NCBI GenBank assembly: GCA_965228895.1
Contig: OZ245842.1
Location: 512,001 to 576,000, forward strand
Length of the DNA: 64,000 nt
From: Alphaproteobacteria bacterium
GTDB lineage: Bacteria; Pseudomonadota; Alphaproteobacteria; SP197
Reading direction: 5' to 3'
Shown: positions 1 to 8,982 of the stretch, in pieces
Numbering within the stretch: the stretch's first letter is position 1
Layout: each line of letters opens with the position of its first letter
Notes under the pieces: model-generated
Seen by the model: the letters and a program-made list of their open reading frames with translations, nothing else
The model's database searches: none
What the model was told of the DNA's origin: nothing
Program-made: the position numbers and the translations under genes

Positions 1-2
1 AT

Positions 3-860
3 ACAGGTCGTCCGTCAGTCGGTCGCTACGCGACCGAAGACCTGTTTGATACAGCGCGCTATCCATTGGACGAGCGCGGCTCGCCGAACTATCAGGCGGT
101 CGTTGAACAGGCACGCTCCGGTCTTGAAGCAGAGCGTTGCGCGAGGCTCGAGGGTTTTGTGCGGCAAGACATCCTTGTGTTGATGCAGGAGGAGGCGGAA
201 TCGCTTGCGCCGCGCGCTACCTACACGGAGAAGGACCTCAATCCTTACTTCAGTGATCCCCCGCCGGATTGTCCGCCCGATCATCCGCTGCGTCGTTTTT
301 CGCCACGGCGCCATGGCATGGTCCGTGGCGACATGCTCGACAGGAGCGGTGCAATCTGGGCCGTGTTTCAGAATGCTGATCTCTGCCGGTTTGTCGGCGA
401 TTGTCTAAGACTTGAGCAGCTCTACACCTACCGGGATCCTTATGGCTGTGTGAACGTGAACGTGCAGCCACGCGGCCGGGAATTCGCGTGGCACTTCGAC
501 CACAACGACTTCACCGTTTCGATGGGTCTGAAGCAGCCCGCCCAAGGCGGCGTCTTCGAATACGTCCCTGACATTCGCACGCGCACGGAAGAAAACTACG
601 ACGACGTCCAACGCGTGCTTGATGGTGATCGCAGCCAGGTGCGCGTTCTGGCGCTACGGCCCGGCGATCTTCAGCTGTTTAGAGGCGGCTATAGCCTGCA
701 TCGGGTAACGGCAGCTGAGAGCGGCGAGCGGCATAGCTTGCTATTGAGCTACGTGACGGATCCCCATCACATCGCGACGCCGGATTATGCCCTGCGCCTT
801 TGGGGAGACGTGCATCCAGACCAGAGGGAGGCCGCAGCCAGTACACACGGCGTGCGTTGA
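3..860 (+). CDS. BesD/HalD-family Fe(II)/2-oxoglutarate oxygenase, hydroxylase-type (5' partial)
   Basis: Frame is open from base 3 (..EDLFDTARYPLDERG..), so the true start probably lies upstream of the window. Motifs WHFD (HxD), GGVFEYVPDIR and PGDLQLFRGGYSLHRVT. Confidence 0.75.
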   Translation, partial: TGRPSVGRYATEDLFDTARYPLDERGSPNYQAVVEQARSGLEAERCARLEGFVRQDILVLMQEEAESLAPRATYTEKDLNPYFSDPPPDCPPDHPLRRFSPRRHGMVRGDMLDRSGAIWAVFQNADLCRFVGDCLRLEQLYTYRDPYGCVNVNVQPRGREFAWHFDHNDFTVSMGLKQPAQGGVFEYVPDIRTRTEENYDDVQRVLDGDRSQVRVLALRPGDLQLFRGGYSLHRVTAAESGERHSLLLSYVTDPHHIATPDYALRLWGDVHPDQREAAASTHGVR

Positions 861-934
861 GACGATAGGTGGTCAGATCCATCGACTGCGAACGATGGCG
901 GTCGGAGTTTTCAGCGAGGAACGGGAGGCAAGTC

Positions 935-2512
935 ATGTCGAAGAAACACAATAAAGGATCATTGTCACTCCATAGCGATCGGCGCACCGTTCTTGTCGGC
1001 GGTACGGCCGCTGTTGGCGCAGTTTCGCTTGGTCTTTCCGTGACGGCCTTGGCGCAAACGCCACAGAAGGGGGGCAAGTTCGTCGTCGGCATCTCGAACG
1101 GCGCCAGCACCGATACGCTCGACCCCGCGACCTTCTCATCGGCCTTGCAGATCTTCTTGGGTTACTCGTTGCGCAACAATCTCACCGAGATCGGTTCGGA
1201 CGGCTCGCTCAAGCCGGAACTGGCGGAGAGCTGGGAATCCGACGACGCCAAGACCTGGTCGTTCAAGCTTCGTAATGGTGTTGTGTTTCACAACGGCAAG
1301 TCACTCGATGCCAATGACGTCGTCGAGTCGCTGAAGCTGCACCTTGGTCCGGACTCCGCATCGGGAGCGGCATCCTTGCTCGAGGCGGTCACCTCCGTTG
1401 CGGCCGATGGCAATCAGCGGGTCACGGTCGAACTGTCGCAGGCCAACGCGGATTTCCCGTTCATCTTGTCGGACTATCACTTCAACATCCTGCCGGTTGG
1501 TTCCGATGGTTCGCTTGATACCAGCGGCGTCGGGACAGGCGGCTATGTGCTTGAAAATTACGACCCCAGTGTCCGGACGCTGCTCACCCGCAACGATAGC
1601 TATTGGAAGGAGGGCGCAGCCTTCTTTGACGCCGGCGAGGTGGTTCTCATTAATGACCCGACGGCGCGAGGCAGCGCGCTGATGTCCGGCGATATCGACG
1701 CGATCAACGAGGCTGACACGAGAACGGCCGCCTTGATGGCCGACAACAGCGACGTCATTGTCGAGTCGGTTCCCAGCGGGTTTCACCCGACCTTCGCCAT
1801 GCGCACCGATATGGCGCCCTTTGACAACAACGATGTGCGCTTGGCGCTGAAGTACGGCATCGACCGCCAGGCGCTGGTCGACATCATACAAGGGGGCTAT
1901 GGCAGCGTGGCGAACGACCAGCCCATTGCACCGTCCATGCCTTTCTATGATCCAAACCTGGAGCAGCGTCCCTACGATCCCGACCGGGCCAAACATCACT
2001 TGAAGCAAGCCGGTCTGGACAGCCTTCAGGTTCAGCTCAGCGCCGCGGATGGTATTTGGCCGGGCTGCGTGGATGCCGCGACCATGTATCGTGAGCAAGC
2101 CATGCCGAGCGGCATCGATATCGAGGTCATCCGCGAGCCGAATGACGGCTATTGGTCCGATGTCTGGCTGGTCAAACCTTTCGTTTCCAGCGCTTGGGGC
2201 GCCCGCCCGACCGCCGACATGATTTTCACGCAGGCTTATGCGGCCGGTGGTGCCTGGAACGAGACCGCCTTCGAGAACGCCCGTTTCAACGAGTTGCTTG
2301 TCGCCGCCCGGGCAGAGCTCGACGACAGCAAACGCGCTGAGATGTACAGCGAGATGCAACGGCTGGTGCACGACAACTCCGGCGCCGTCATCCCGTTCTT
2401 CCGTAATCATGTTTATGCGCGGCGGACATCAATCGAACACAGCGGACAGCTGGCCTCGAATTGGCAGCTTGACGGCTACAAGGCGATGGAGCGCTGGTGG
2501 GCTGCCGGCTGA
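935..2512 (+). CDS. ABC transporter substrate-binding protein, DppA/OppA family 5, Tat-like signal
   Basis: DRRTVL signal, LKPELAESWE..WSFKLRNGVVFHNG motif. GGGAGG RBS before ATG 935 (ORF track start 869). Confidence 0.88.
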   Translation: MSKKHNKGSLSLHSDRRTVLVGGTAAVGAVSLGLSVTALAQTPQKGGKFVVGISNGASTDTLDPATFSSALQIFLGYSLRNNLTEIGSDGSLKPELAESWESDDAKTWSFKLRNGVVFHNGKSLDANDVVESLKLHLGPDSASGAASLLEAVTSVAADGNQRVTVELSQANADFPFILSDYHFNILPVGSDGSLDTSGVGTGGYVLENYDPSVRTLLTRNDSYWKEGAAFFDAGEVVLINDPTARGSALMSGDIDAINEADTRTAALMADNSDVIVESVPSGFHPTFAMRTDMAPFDNNDVRLALKYGIDRQALVDIIQGGYGSVANDQPIAPSMPFYDPNLEQRPYDPDRAKHHLKQAGLDSLQVQLSAADGIWPGCVDAATMYREQAMPSGIDIEVIREPNDGYWSDVWLVKPFVSSAWGARPTADMIFTQAYAAGGAWNETAFENARFNELLVAARAELDDSKRAEMYSEMQRLVHDNSGAVIPFFRNHVYARRTSIEHSGQLASNWQLDGYKAMERWWAAG

Positions 2513-2533
2513 TTGCGTCATAGACCAAGTCGT

Positions 2534-2570
2534 GGGGAACGCTCTCTCCTGCACGTTGAGAGCGTTCCCC
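2534..2570 (+). terminator. 13-bp stem-loop after SBP gene (terminator or mRNA-stabilising hairpin)
   Basis: GGGGAACGCTCTC-N11-GAGAGCGTTCCCC perfect stem; no U-tract. Confidence 0.5.
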
Positions 2571-2680
2571 CGACGCGTCACTCGGCATGTTTGCCTCGGA
2601 TACAACCGGCTTCAGACGTTCTCTTGCTAGTTTGCGATAGGGTCAAACCCTAAGATCAGTTGGTTGAGAGGAGGAACGTC

Positions 2681-3565
2681 TTGAAGACGATCACGTTTAT
2701 CGGGCTCGGCGTCATGGGCCTCCCCATGGCGAAGAACCTCGTTGCCAAGGGTTTCGATGTGTTGGGCTGCGATATCGCGAGCCCATCCCGCGATGCCCTC
2801 GTGGAAGCCGGTGGTCGTGCTGTCGACCCGGACGCGTTGTTGCTCGACGGACACGACGCGGTCATCACGATGCTGCCTGAGGGAACCCATGTTCGTGAGG
2901 TCTATAAAGACCTCGTATTCCCCCAAGCAAACTCGGACATGGTTCTGATCGATTGCTCGACGATCGACGTCGAGACGACGCGCTCGCTGTCCATCGCAGC
3001 CGAGGCTAAGGGGCTCGCCATGGTCGATGCGCCGGTCTCCGGCGGTCACGCGGCGGCAGGTTCCGGGCAACTGAGCTTCATGATCGGCGGCAGTGACGAG
3101 GCGGTGGCCCGCGCATGGCCGCTCCTGGAACAGATGGGTGCCAAGCTCCAGCATTTCGGTGCAAGCGGCATGGGTCAGGCCGCGAAGGCCTGCCACAACA
3201 TGATCTGCGGCATCACCGCCATGGCCGTCTGCGAGGGATATGCGCTGAGTCAGGCTCTGGGCCTGGACGCCGCTCAGTTCCACGCTCTGTGCAAAGGCGC
3301 GGCGGCGCAGAGTTGGACGCTGGAGAACCGCTGCCCGATCCCAGGCGTCGCGCCGGACGTGCCATCGAGCAACGGTTATCAGCCGGGTTTCGCTGCCCGA
3401 CTGATGGCGAAGGATCTGCGCTTGGCCCAGACGGCGGCCAAAGCCGCCGGCCTGGAGACGCCGTTCGGCGCGGAGGCGGCGCGCAAGTTCACCGACTTCG
3501 CCGCCGGTGATGATGGCGACCTCGACTTCTCGGCATACTATCGAACCTTGCGCCCGGAGACCTAG
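2681..3565 (+). CDS. mmsB: 3-hydroxyisobutyrate dehydrogenase family
   Basis: FIGLGVMGLPMAKNL, DAPVSGG, AAKACHNM, LMAKDL. TTG start after GAGGAGG. Confidence 0.8.
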   Translation: MKTITFIGLGVMGLPMAKNLVAKGFDVLGCDIASPSRDALVEAGGRAVDPDALLLDGHDAVITMLPEGTHVREVYKDLVFPQANSDMVLIDCSTIDVETTRSLSIAAEAKGLAMVDAPVSGGHAAAGSGQLSFMIGGSDEAVARAWPLLEQMGAKLQHFGASGMGQAAKACHNMICGITAMAVCEGYALSQALGLDAAQFHALCKGAAAQSWTLENRCPIPGVAPDVPSSNGYQPGFAARLMAKDLRLAQTAAKAAGLETPFGAEAARKFTDFAAGDDGDLDFSAYYRTLRPET

Positions 3566-5080
3566 ATGGCAGAGAACATAGCTGACATGACATCCGCGTC
3601 GAAGACGCTTGAACCACGGCTGCCCGTCGACGGTGTCGCCGGCAGTTTCGTCAACGGCACCTGGCATCGGCCGGAGAGTGGCGAAAAACTGACCGTCGAG
3701 AACCCGTCGCGGCGCACGCCTCTGGCGGAGGTCGGGCGCGGCACGGCGCGCGAGGTCGACCTGGCTGTCAAGGCGGCGATGGCGGCGTTCCCCGCCTGGC
3801 GGTCGCTTGCGGCGAGCGAGCGCGGCCGCATGCTGACCGAGCTCGGCGACCGGCTGATCGCCGATGCCGAGGAGGTCGCGCGGCTTCTGGCCGCCGAGAC
3901 GGGCAACGCCATCAAGACCCAGTCGCGTGGCGAGGTGATGGGGGCGGCCGGCGTGCTCAAGTACTATGGCGGCGTCAGTGTCGAGCAGAAGGGCGAGACC
4001 CTGCCATTGGGACCCGGCATCTTCAGCTATTCGACGCGCGAGCCCCATGGCGTTGTCGGCTCGATCATTCCCTGGAACTCGCCGTTGCAGTTGGGCGCGG
4101 TCAAGATTTCGATGGCGCTCGCCACCGGTAACACGCTTGTCCTGAAGCCGGCCGAAGATGCGCCGCTTGCCGTCTTGCGCCTGGTCGAAATGGCCGCCGA
4201 CATCTTCCCGCCGGGCGTCTTCAATGTGGTGACCGGGCTGGGCGAAGAGGCGGGCGCAGCGCTCGCCCGCCATCCCGATGTCGCCAAGGTCTCGTTCACC
4301 GGTTCGTCGGAGGTCGGCAAGCTGGTCGCGTACGCCGCCGCCGACCGCATCGCCAACGTCACGCTGGAACTGGGCGGCAAAAGCCCCTGCATCGTCTTGC
4401 CTGACGCGGCCGAAGATGCGCATCTTGAGAAGACCGTCACGGGTATCTGCAACGCCATGCGCTTTGCCCGGCAAGGCCAATCGTGTACGGCGGGTTCGCG
4501 CCTGTTTGTTCACAGGTCCGTCTGGGACACGATCATGCCCCGGGTCGCCGAGAAGGCCGCCGCCATGATTGTCGGCGATGCCCTCGACCCGGACGTCGAC
4601 ATCGGCGCGGTCATCAACGGCGAGCGCTATGGCGCCATCCGCGCCTATGTGGCGGAGGCCGAAGCGGAAGGCGCGACGTTCCTGACCGGCGCGACTCCGC
4701 CCGACGATCCGCCGGGTTTTCAGCCGATCCCGACGGTCCTAACCGGGCTCGACAACAGCTGGCGCATTGCGCGCGAAGAGGTGTTCGGTCCGGTGCTGGT
4801 CGCCATCCCCTGGGACGACGAAGACGAGGTCGTTGCCATGGCGAACGACACCCATTATGGGCTCGCAGCGTTCATCTTTGCGCGCGATGCCAGCACAATC
4901 GTCCGCATGACCCGCGCGATCGATGCCGGCTGGGTGCAGGTCAATCAGGGCGGCGGCCAGATCCCCGGCATGTCCTATGGCGGCACCAAACAGTCGGGTA
5001 TTGGTAGCGAATACTCGATCGAAGGCGCGCTGGAGGCTTACACGTTCCGCAAATGCGTGACGATCGCGGTCGATCCCTGA
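3566..5080 (+). CDS. Aldehyde dehydrogenase
   Basis: IPWNSP, FTGSSEVG, LELGGKSP, GQSCTAGSR, EEVFGP. Confidence 0.92.
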   Translation: MAENIADMTSASKTLEPRLPVDGVAGSFVNGTWHRPESGEKLTVENPSRRTPLAEVGRGTAREVDLAVKAAMAAFPAWRSLAASERGRMLTELGDRLIADAEEVARLLAAETGNAIKTQSRGEVMGAAGVLKYYGGVSVEQKGETLPLGPGIFSYSTREPHGVVGSIIPWNSPLQLGAVKISMALATGNTLVLKPAEDAPLAVLRLVEMAADIFPPGVFNVVTGLGEEAGAALARHPDVAKVSFTGSSEVGKLVAYAAADRIANVTLELGGKSPCIVLPDAAEDAHLEKTVTGICNAMRFARQGQSCTAGSRLFVHRSVWDTIMPRVAEKAAAMIVGDALDPDVDIGAVINGERYGAIRAYVAEAEAEGATFLTGATPPDDPPGFQPIPTVLTGLDNSWRIAREEVFGPVLVAIPWDDEDEVVAMANDTHYGLAAFIFARDASTIVRMTRAIDAGWVQVNQGGGQIPGMSYGGTKQSGIGSEYSIEGALEAYTFRKCVTIAVDP

Positions 5081-6345
5081 TGAACCGGGATCGTTTCGGC
5101 AACCCGATCGATCCGAGTGTCGGCTACGCCAGAGGCACGCTGCTTGGTTCCAGCGCCGACGAGGTCAGGCGGTTGCGTCACGCTCAGTCCGTGGCGGGCG
5201 CGCGTGTTACCGAACAAGGCCCTGACAGCATTGCGATCTTCACCGGCAACTCCCGGTACTTTCCGCTGGGTGGCGACGATGTGTCGACGCTTTGCGAAGA
5301 GTGGGTTGGGCCGGGTTTGTTCAAGGACCGCTTGCGCGATGTCGCGGTGTCTCATCTGGGCGGTGGCGACGGCGATGACGCCGCGGTGTTCAACCGAACC
5401 AGCGCCGGTATTGTTGCATCGATCCTTGCGTTGTCGAACAGGCGACCCGTCATCTCCGTCGTGCCGGACGGCGACCGCTCCCATGCCTCGGTGGTGCGCG
5501 GTTGCCGTCTCGCCGGCGTGCCGCTGGTCGAGGTTGCGGGTTCGTCCGACTGTGCCGAACCGATCGCCGAGCATCGGCCTTGTCTTGTCATCGTCACGAC
5601 TGTGACCAGCACGCTGAGCCGCCTTGACGACGCGCGAACCGAGGCTGCGGTGGCCGCCGCCAAGAGAGCTGCCGCTATCACCTTGCTGGACGAGGCGTAT
5701 GGCGCCCGGCTGCGCACCGTGCTCCATGATGGCAGGCCGAGCCTCGCCCTGGGCGCCGATCTCTCGATCACCAACGCCGATAAGGCCGGGCTTGCCGGAC
5801 CGCGCGCTGGTGTCATGGCCGGATCGCCGGGCGTGCTGATCCCTGTGATCGCGCGGGCAGCGGAGCTCGGTATGGAGGCGCGGGCGCCGATTGCGGCTGG
5901 CGCCATGCGCTCGCTAGAGGCCTTCGACCCCGCCATGTTGCTGGACGAAGCGCGCGACGGGCGCGCCATCGCCGATGTTTTGGCCAACTTGTTCGATGAC
6001 AAGGTCGTTCAACGGTCCGACCTCGGGCCCATGATCGATGAAGAGGATGTGCACGCGATCGTCGTGCGGCGCGCCGGGGTTGAGCGCACGGATATCGTGC
6101 CGGCGGAGACGACGTCGGCCATCGGCATGTTGCTGCTGCGTGACCATGGTGTGCTGACCACCAACACCCATGGCCAGCCGGGTGGCCGCGTTTCGCTTAG
6201 GCTGAAGCCGACACCCGGTGCCGTGGCGCGAGCCGGCGGAGCCGCCGCGTTGGGTGCTGCGGTAGGCGACGCGATTGATGAGGTCGCCGGGAACTTCGGT
6301 AGTCCCAGCTGGCTCGCCAACCTGATTTTTGGGAGCGATGCATGA
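5080..6345 (+). CDS. PLP-dependent fold-I enzyme, SelA-related MJ0158-like family
   Basis: AAVFNRTSAG, LLDEAYGARLR, TNADKAGLAGPRAG (candidate PLP Lys). TGATG coupling to ALDH stop. Confidence 0.65.
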   Translation: MNRDRFGNPIDPSVGYARGTLLGSSADEVRRLRHAQSVAGARVTEQGPDSIAIFTGNSRYFPLGGDDVSTLCEEWVGPGLFKDRLRDVAVSHLGGGDGDDAAVFNRTSAGIVASILALSNRRPVISVVPDGDRSHASVVRGCRLAGVPLVEVAGSSDCAEPIAEHRPCLVIVTTVTSTLSRLDDARTEAAVAAAKRAAAITLLDEAYGARLRTVLHDGRPSLALGADLSITNADKAGLAGPRAGVMAGSPGVLIPVIARAAELGMEARAPIAAGAMRSLEAFDPAMLLDEARDGRAIADVLANLFDDKVVQRSDLGPMIDEEDVHAIVVRRAGVERTDIVPAETTSAIGMLLLRDHGVLTTNTHGQPGGRVSLRLKPTPGAVARAGGAAALGAAVGDAIDEVAGNFGSPSWLANLIFGSDA

Positions 6346-7358
6346 CTGTTTCGCGAGAAAAACTTGCGCATCTGGATGACCGGCTTGATCGCCTCGCCAA
6401 TCTCGATATCGGTAACCGTGGCGTCGAGTATCTCTATGACGCGTCGCGCGCGCTTCAAGGCGGCTCGCTTGCGGGGCGCGCTGCCGATCGTCTGCTCGCA
6501 GTGCCCCAGGGTGGCACGGTCATCATGACCACCGGCTCGGTTTCGCGTGCATGGATTACGCCGGAGATCGGTGAGAACGACGGTCCGTCCGGTGCCGCCG
6601 CCGTCGCACGCGCCCTTGTACTGGCTCGCGACGTCACCTGCATTGTGCTCGCCGAAGACGCGCTGCTCCAACCGATTGGTGCCGTCATGACGTCGGCAGG
6701 ACTGACTTGCGTCGACTTTGAAACGGCCCGTGCGGCCCGTGCCGATGGCAGCCTGGCGACCGTGGTTATGCAGAGCTATCCGACCGACGATGCAGCGGGG
6801 GCGAAGGCCGCTCATGACCTGCTCGATGACATGACGCCTGACCTGCTGTTCTCGACAGAGCGGGTCGGGCGCAACGAAAGAGGCATCTACCACAATATGG
6901 GCGGGTTGGATTACGGCATGGGCCGCGCGCGCGTCGACCTATTGTTCGATGAGGCGCTCGCACGCGGACTGCCGGTCGTCGCCGTTGGCGATGGGGGCAA
7001 CGAGATCGGCATGGCCAGCGTACGTGACGCGGTGGTCGCCCATGTGCCGTTCGGTGACCGCTGTAAGTGCGGATGCGGCGGCGGCATCGTTGCGGTAACG
7101 GGCGCCGACGTGCTTGTCACGGCAGCCTGCTCGAATTGGGGTTGTACGGCCATCACGGCCGCCATGGCGGCGCGCACCGGCGACGCGCGGTTGCTCCATA
7201 CGCCCGAGGCCGAAGGCCGGCTCCTGGACTGCATGGTCGCGAACGGCCTCATCAATTCGACACACGGAATCGTTGATGACAACGTTGACGGCATCGCGCG
7301 TGCGAGCCACGTCGCCGTGGCCGAGCTATGCCGTTCGATTGTTGCGCCGGTACTTTGA
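6342..7358 (+). CDS. D-glutamate cyclase-like domain protein (DUF4392)
   Basis: ENDGPSGA, TERVGR, YHNM, VGDGGNEIGM, ACSNWG. ATGA overlap with upstream gene. Confidence 0.75.
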   Translation: MTVSREKLAHLDDRLDRLANLDIGNRGVEYLYDASRALQGGSLAGRAADRLLAVPQGGTVIMTTGSVSRAWITPEIGENDGPSGAAAVARALVLARDVTCIVLAEDALLQPIGAVMTSAGLTCVDFETARAARADGSLATVVMQSYPTDDAAGAKAAHDLLDDMTPDLLFSTERVGRNERGIYHNMGGLDYGMGRARVDLLFDEALARGLPVVAVGDGGNEIGMASVRDAVVAHVPFGDRCKCGCGGGIVAVTGADVLVTAACSNWGCTAITAAMAARTGDARLLHTPEAEGRLLDCMVANGLINSTHGIVDDNVDGIARASHVAVAELCRSIVAPVL

Positions 7359-7479
7359 TCGGTTGCATTCGCTTGGATGAATTCCTCCTGCGATAACTCG
7401 CGACTTTTGGAATTGAGTCCGGCCAGAAGCGTCACCTATCGTCTTCGAACGGTAGGTGACCAATCATAGGATATGACCA

Positions 7480-8979
7480 GTGGCACAACGACGGCGACGC
7501 AACAGTCCGGAGACCGTGGAAGCAACACGGGCGGCGCTGCCTGTGGGCGGTCGCTTTCAGCCGCTGACATCGGGCAAGTCCGGAACGATTGTTCAAGCGG
7601 CGTTCGACATCGTCGAACGCATTGGATTTGCCGACTGCGCGCCGCATCTTGTCGAACTTGCCTGCGCGCAAGGTGCGCAACAGCGGCCTGACGGCCGACT
7701 GACGTTTCCTCGTGGCATGGTCGAAGATGCCCTTGGTCGTGCCGCCCGCAAGGTGGAACTGCCGGGCTTCGTTGTCGACAAAGGTCTCGAGATCGGCGGC
7801 GGCCGTGTTCACATCGGGACCGGCGGTGCGGCGGTCGAGATCCTGGATGCCCACGCCATGGCGTTTCGCGATGCCGGGCTCGACGACCTCTATCGCCTGA
7901 TGCGGATCGTCGGGGTCAGCGACAACATCCACTACGGCGTCCGGCCCGTTGTCGCGCGGGATATGCCGACCCCGTTGGAACTGGACATCAACACGGCCTT
8001 CGCCTGTCTCAAGGCGACCGCGAAACCGATCGGCGTCAGTTTCGATTCAGCGGCGCATATGGCGCCGGTGACACAGCTTTTCGATATGGCGCTTGGCGCA
8101 GACGACAGGTTTCGGGCCCAGCCCTTCTGTTTTGCCGTGATCGTCCACGTTGTCCCGCCTCTGCGCTTCGCGGCAGAGGGTCTGGCCGTTATGGAAGCCG
8201 CGATCCGCGCGGGCATGCCGCTGCAGATTTGCTCGGCTGCCCAGGCCGGTGCGACCAGCCCGGTAACCCTGGCGGGCGCCCTGGCCCAGGGGCTCGCCGA
8301 ATGTCTGGGCGGGCTGATGATGGTCGATCTGATCGAGCCCGGCTTCCCCTGTATCTTCGCTTTCATGCCGTTCATTTCCGATCTCAGGACCGGTGCCATG
8401 ACCGGCGGCAGCGGTGAAGCGGCGGTGGCCAACGCAGCGGCGGCGCAACTGATGCTTGAATTGGGCCTGCCGTCGACCGTGTCGGCCGGCATGACCGACG
8501 CCAAGCTCGCCGATGCCCAAGCTGGTTACGAGAAGGGATACACGGTGGCGCTCGCCGCCCAGGCCGGTGCCGACATGATCAACCTGTCGGTCGGCATGCT
8601 CGGTTCGATCATGGCGGCATCGCCGGAAGCGCTGGTCATCGACAACGACATGTGCGGAGCGATCCTGCGTTCGGTGCGCGGCATCGAGGTGTCGGATGGT
8701 GCGATTGATCTTGAATTGATGGAACGCGTGGTCTGCGGTCCCGGGCATTACCTCGGCGAGGCCCAGACGCTCGCGATGATGAAGTCGGAATACACCTATC
8801 CCGAACTCGGCGACCGTCAGAGCATCGCCGATTGGACCGAAGGCGGCGCGAAATCGATCTGGCAACGCGCAAGGGAGTGCGTCGCGGAGATCGACGGGGC
8901 TGAACCGCCAAGCCATCTGCCCGCCGACCGCGAGGCGCAGATCAGGGCGGCTTTCCCCATTCACCTGCCGACGATGTAG
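7480..8979 (+). CDS. Trimethylamine methyltransferase (MttB) family, non-pyrrolysine
   Basis: HIGTGGAA, QAGATSPVTLAGAL, DLRTGAMTGGSGE, GMTDAKLADAQAGYEK. No in-frame TAG. Confidence 0.88.
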   Translation: MAQRRRRNSPETVEATRAALPVGGRFQPLTSGKSGTIVQAAFDIVERIGFADCAPHLVELACAQGAQQRPDGRLTFPRGMVEDALGRAARKVELPGFVVDKGLEIGGGRVHIGTGGAAVEILDAHAMAFRDAGLDDLYRLMRIVGVSDNIHYGVRPVVARDMPTPLELDINTAFACLKATAKPIGVSFDSAAHMAPVTQLFDMALGADDRFRAQPFCFAVIVHVVPPLRFAAEGLAVMEAAIRAGMPLQICSAAQAGATSPVTLAGALAQGLAECLGGLMMVDLIEPGFPCIFAFMPFISDLRTGAMTGGSGEAAVANAAAAQLMLELGLPSTVSAGMTDAKLADAQAGYEKGYTVALAAQAGADMINLSVGMLGSIMAASPEALVIDNDMCGAILRSVRGIEVSDGAIDLELMERVVCGPGHYLGEAQTLAMMKSEYTYPELGDRQSIADWTEGGAKSIWQRARECVAEIDGAEPPSHLPADREAQIRAAFPIHLPTM

Positions 8980-8982
8980 ACC

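Noticed and set aside
3-860. Radical halogenase call
   Set aside because: Iron motif is HxD, not HxG/A.
2627-4513. Long antisense ORFs (e.g. 628 aa here, 1301..2410, 12525..13808, 34924..36474)
   Set aside because: Shadows of well-supported genes on the opposite strand in high-GC DNA; no recognisable motifs.
5080-6345. Selenocysteine synthase SelA
   Set aside because: No selB, selC or selD nearby; motifs fit the MJ0158-like relatives better.
7480-8979. Pyrrolysine recoding in MttB
   Set aside because: No in-frame TAG and no pyl genes in the window.
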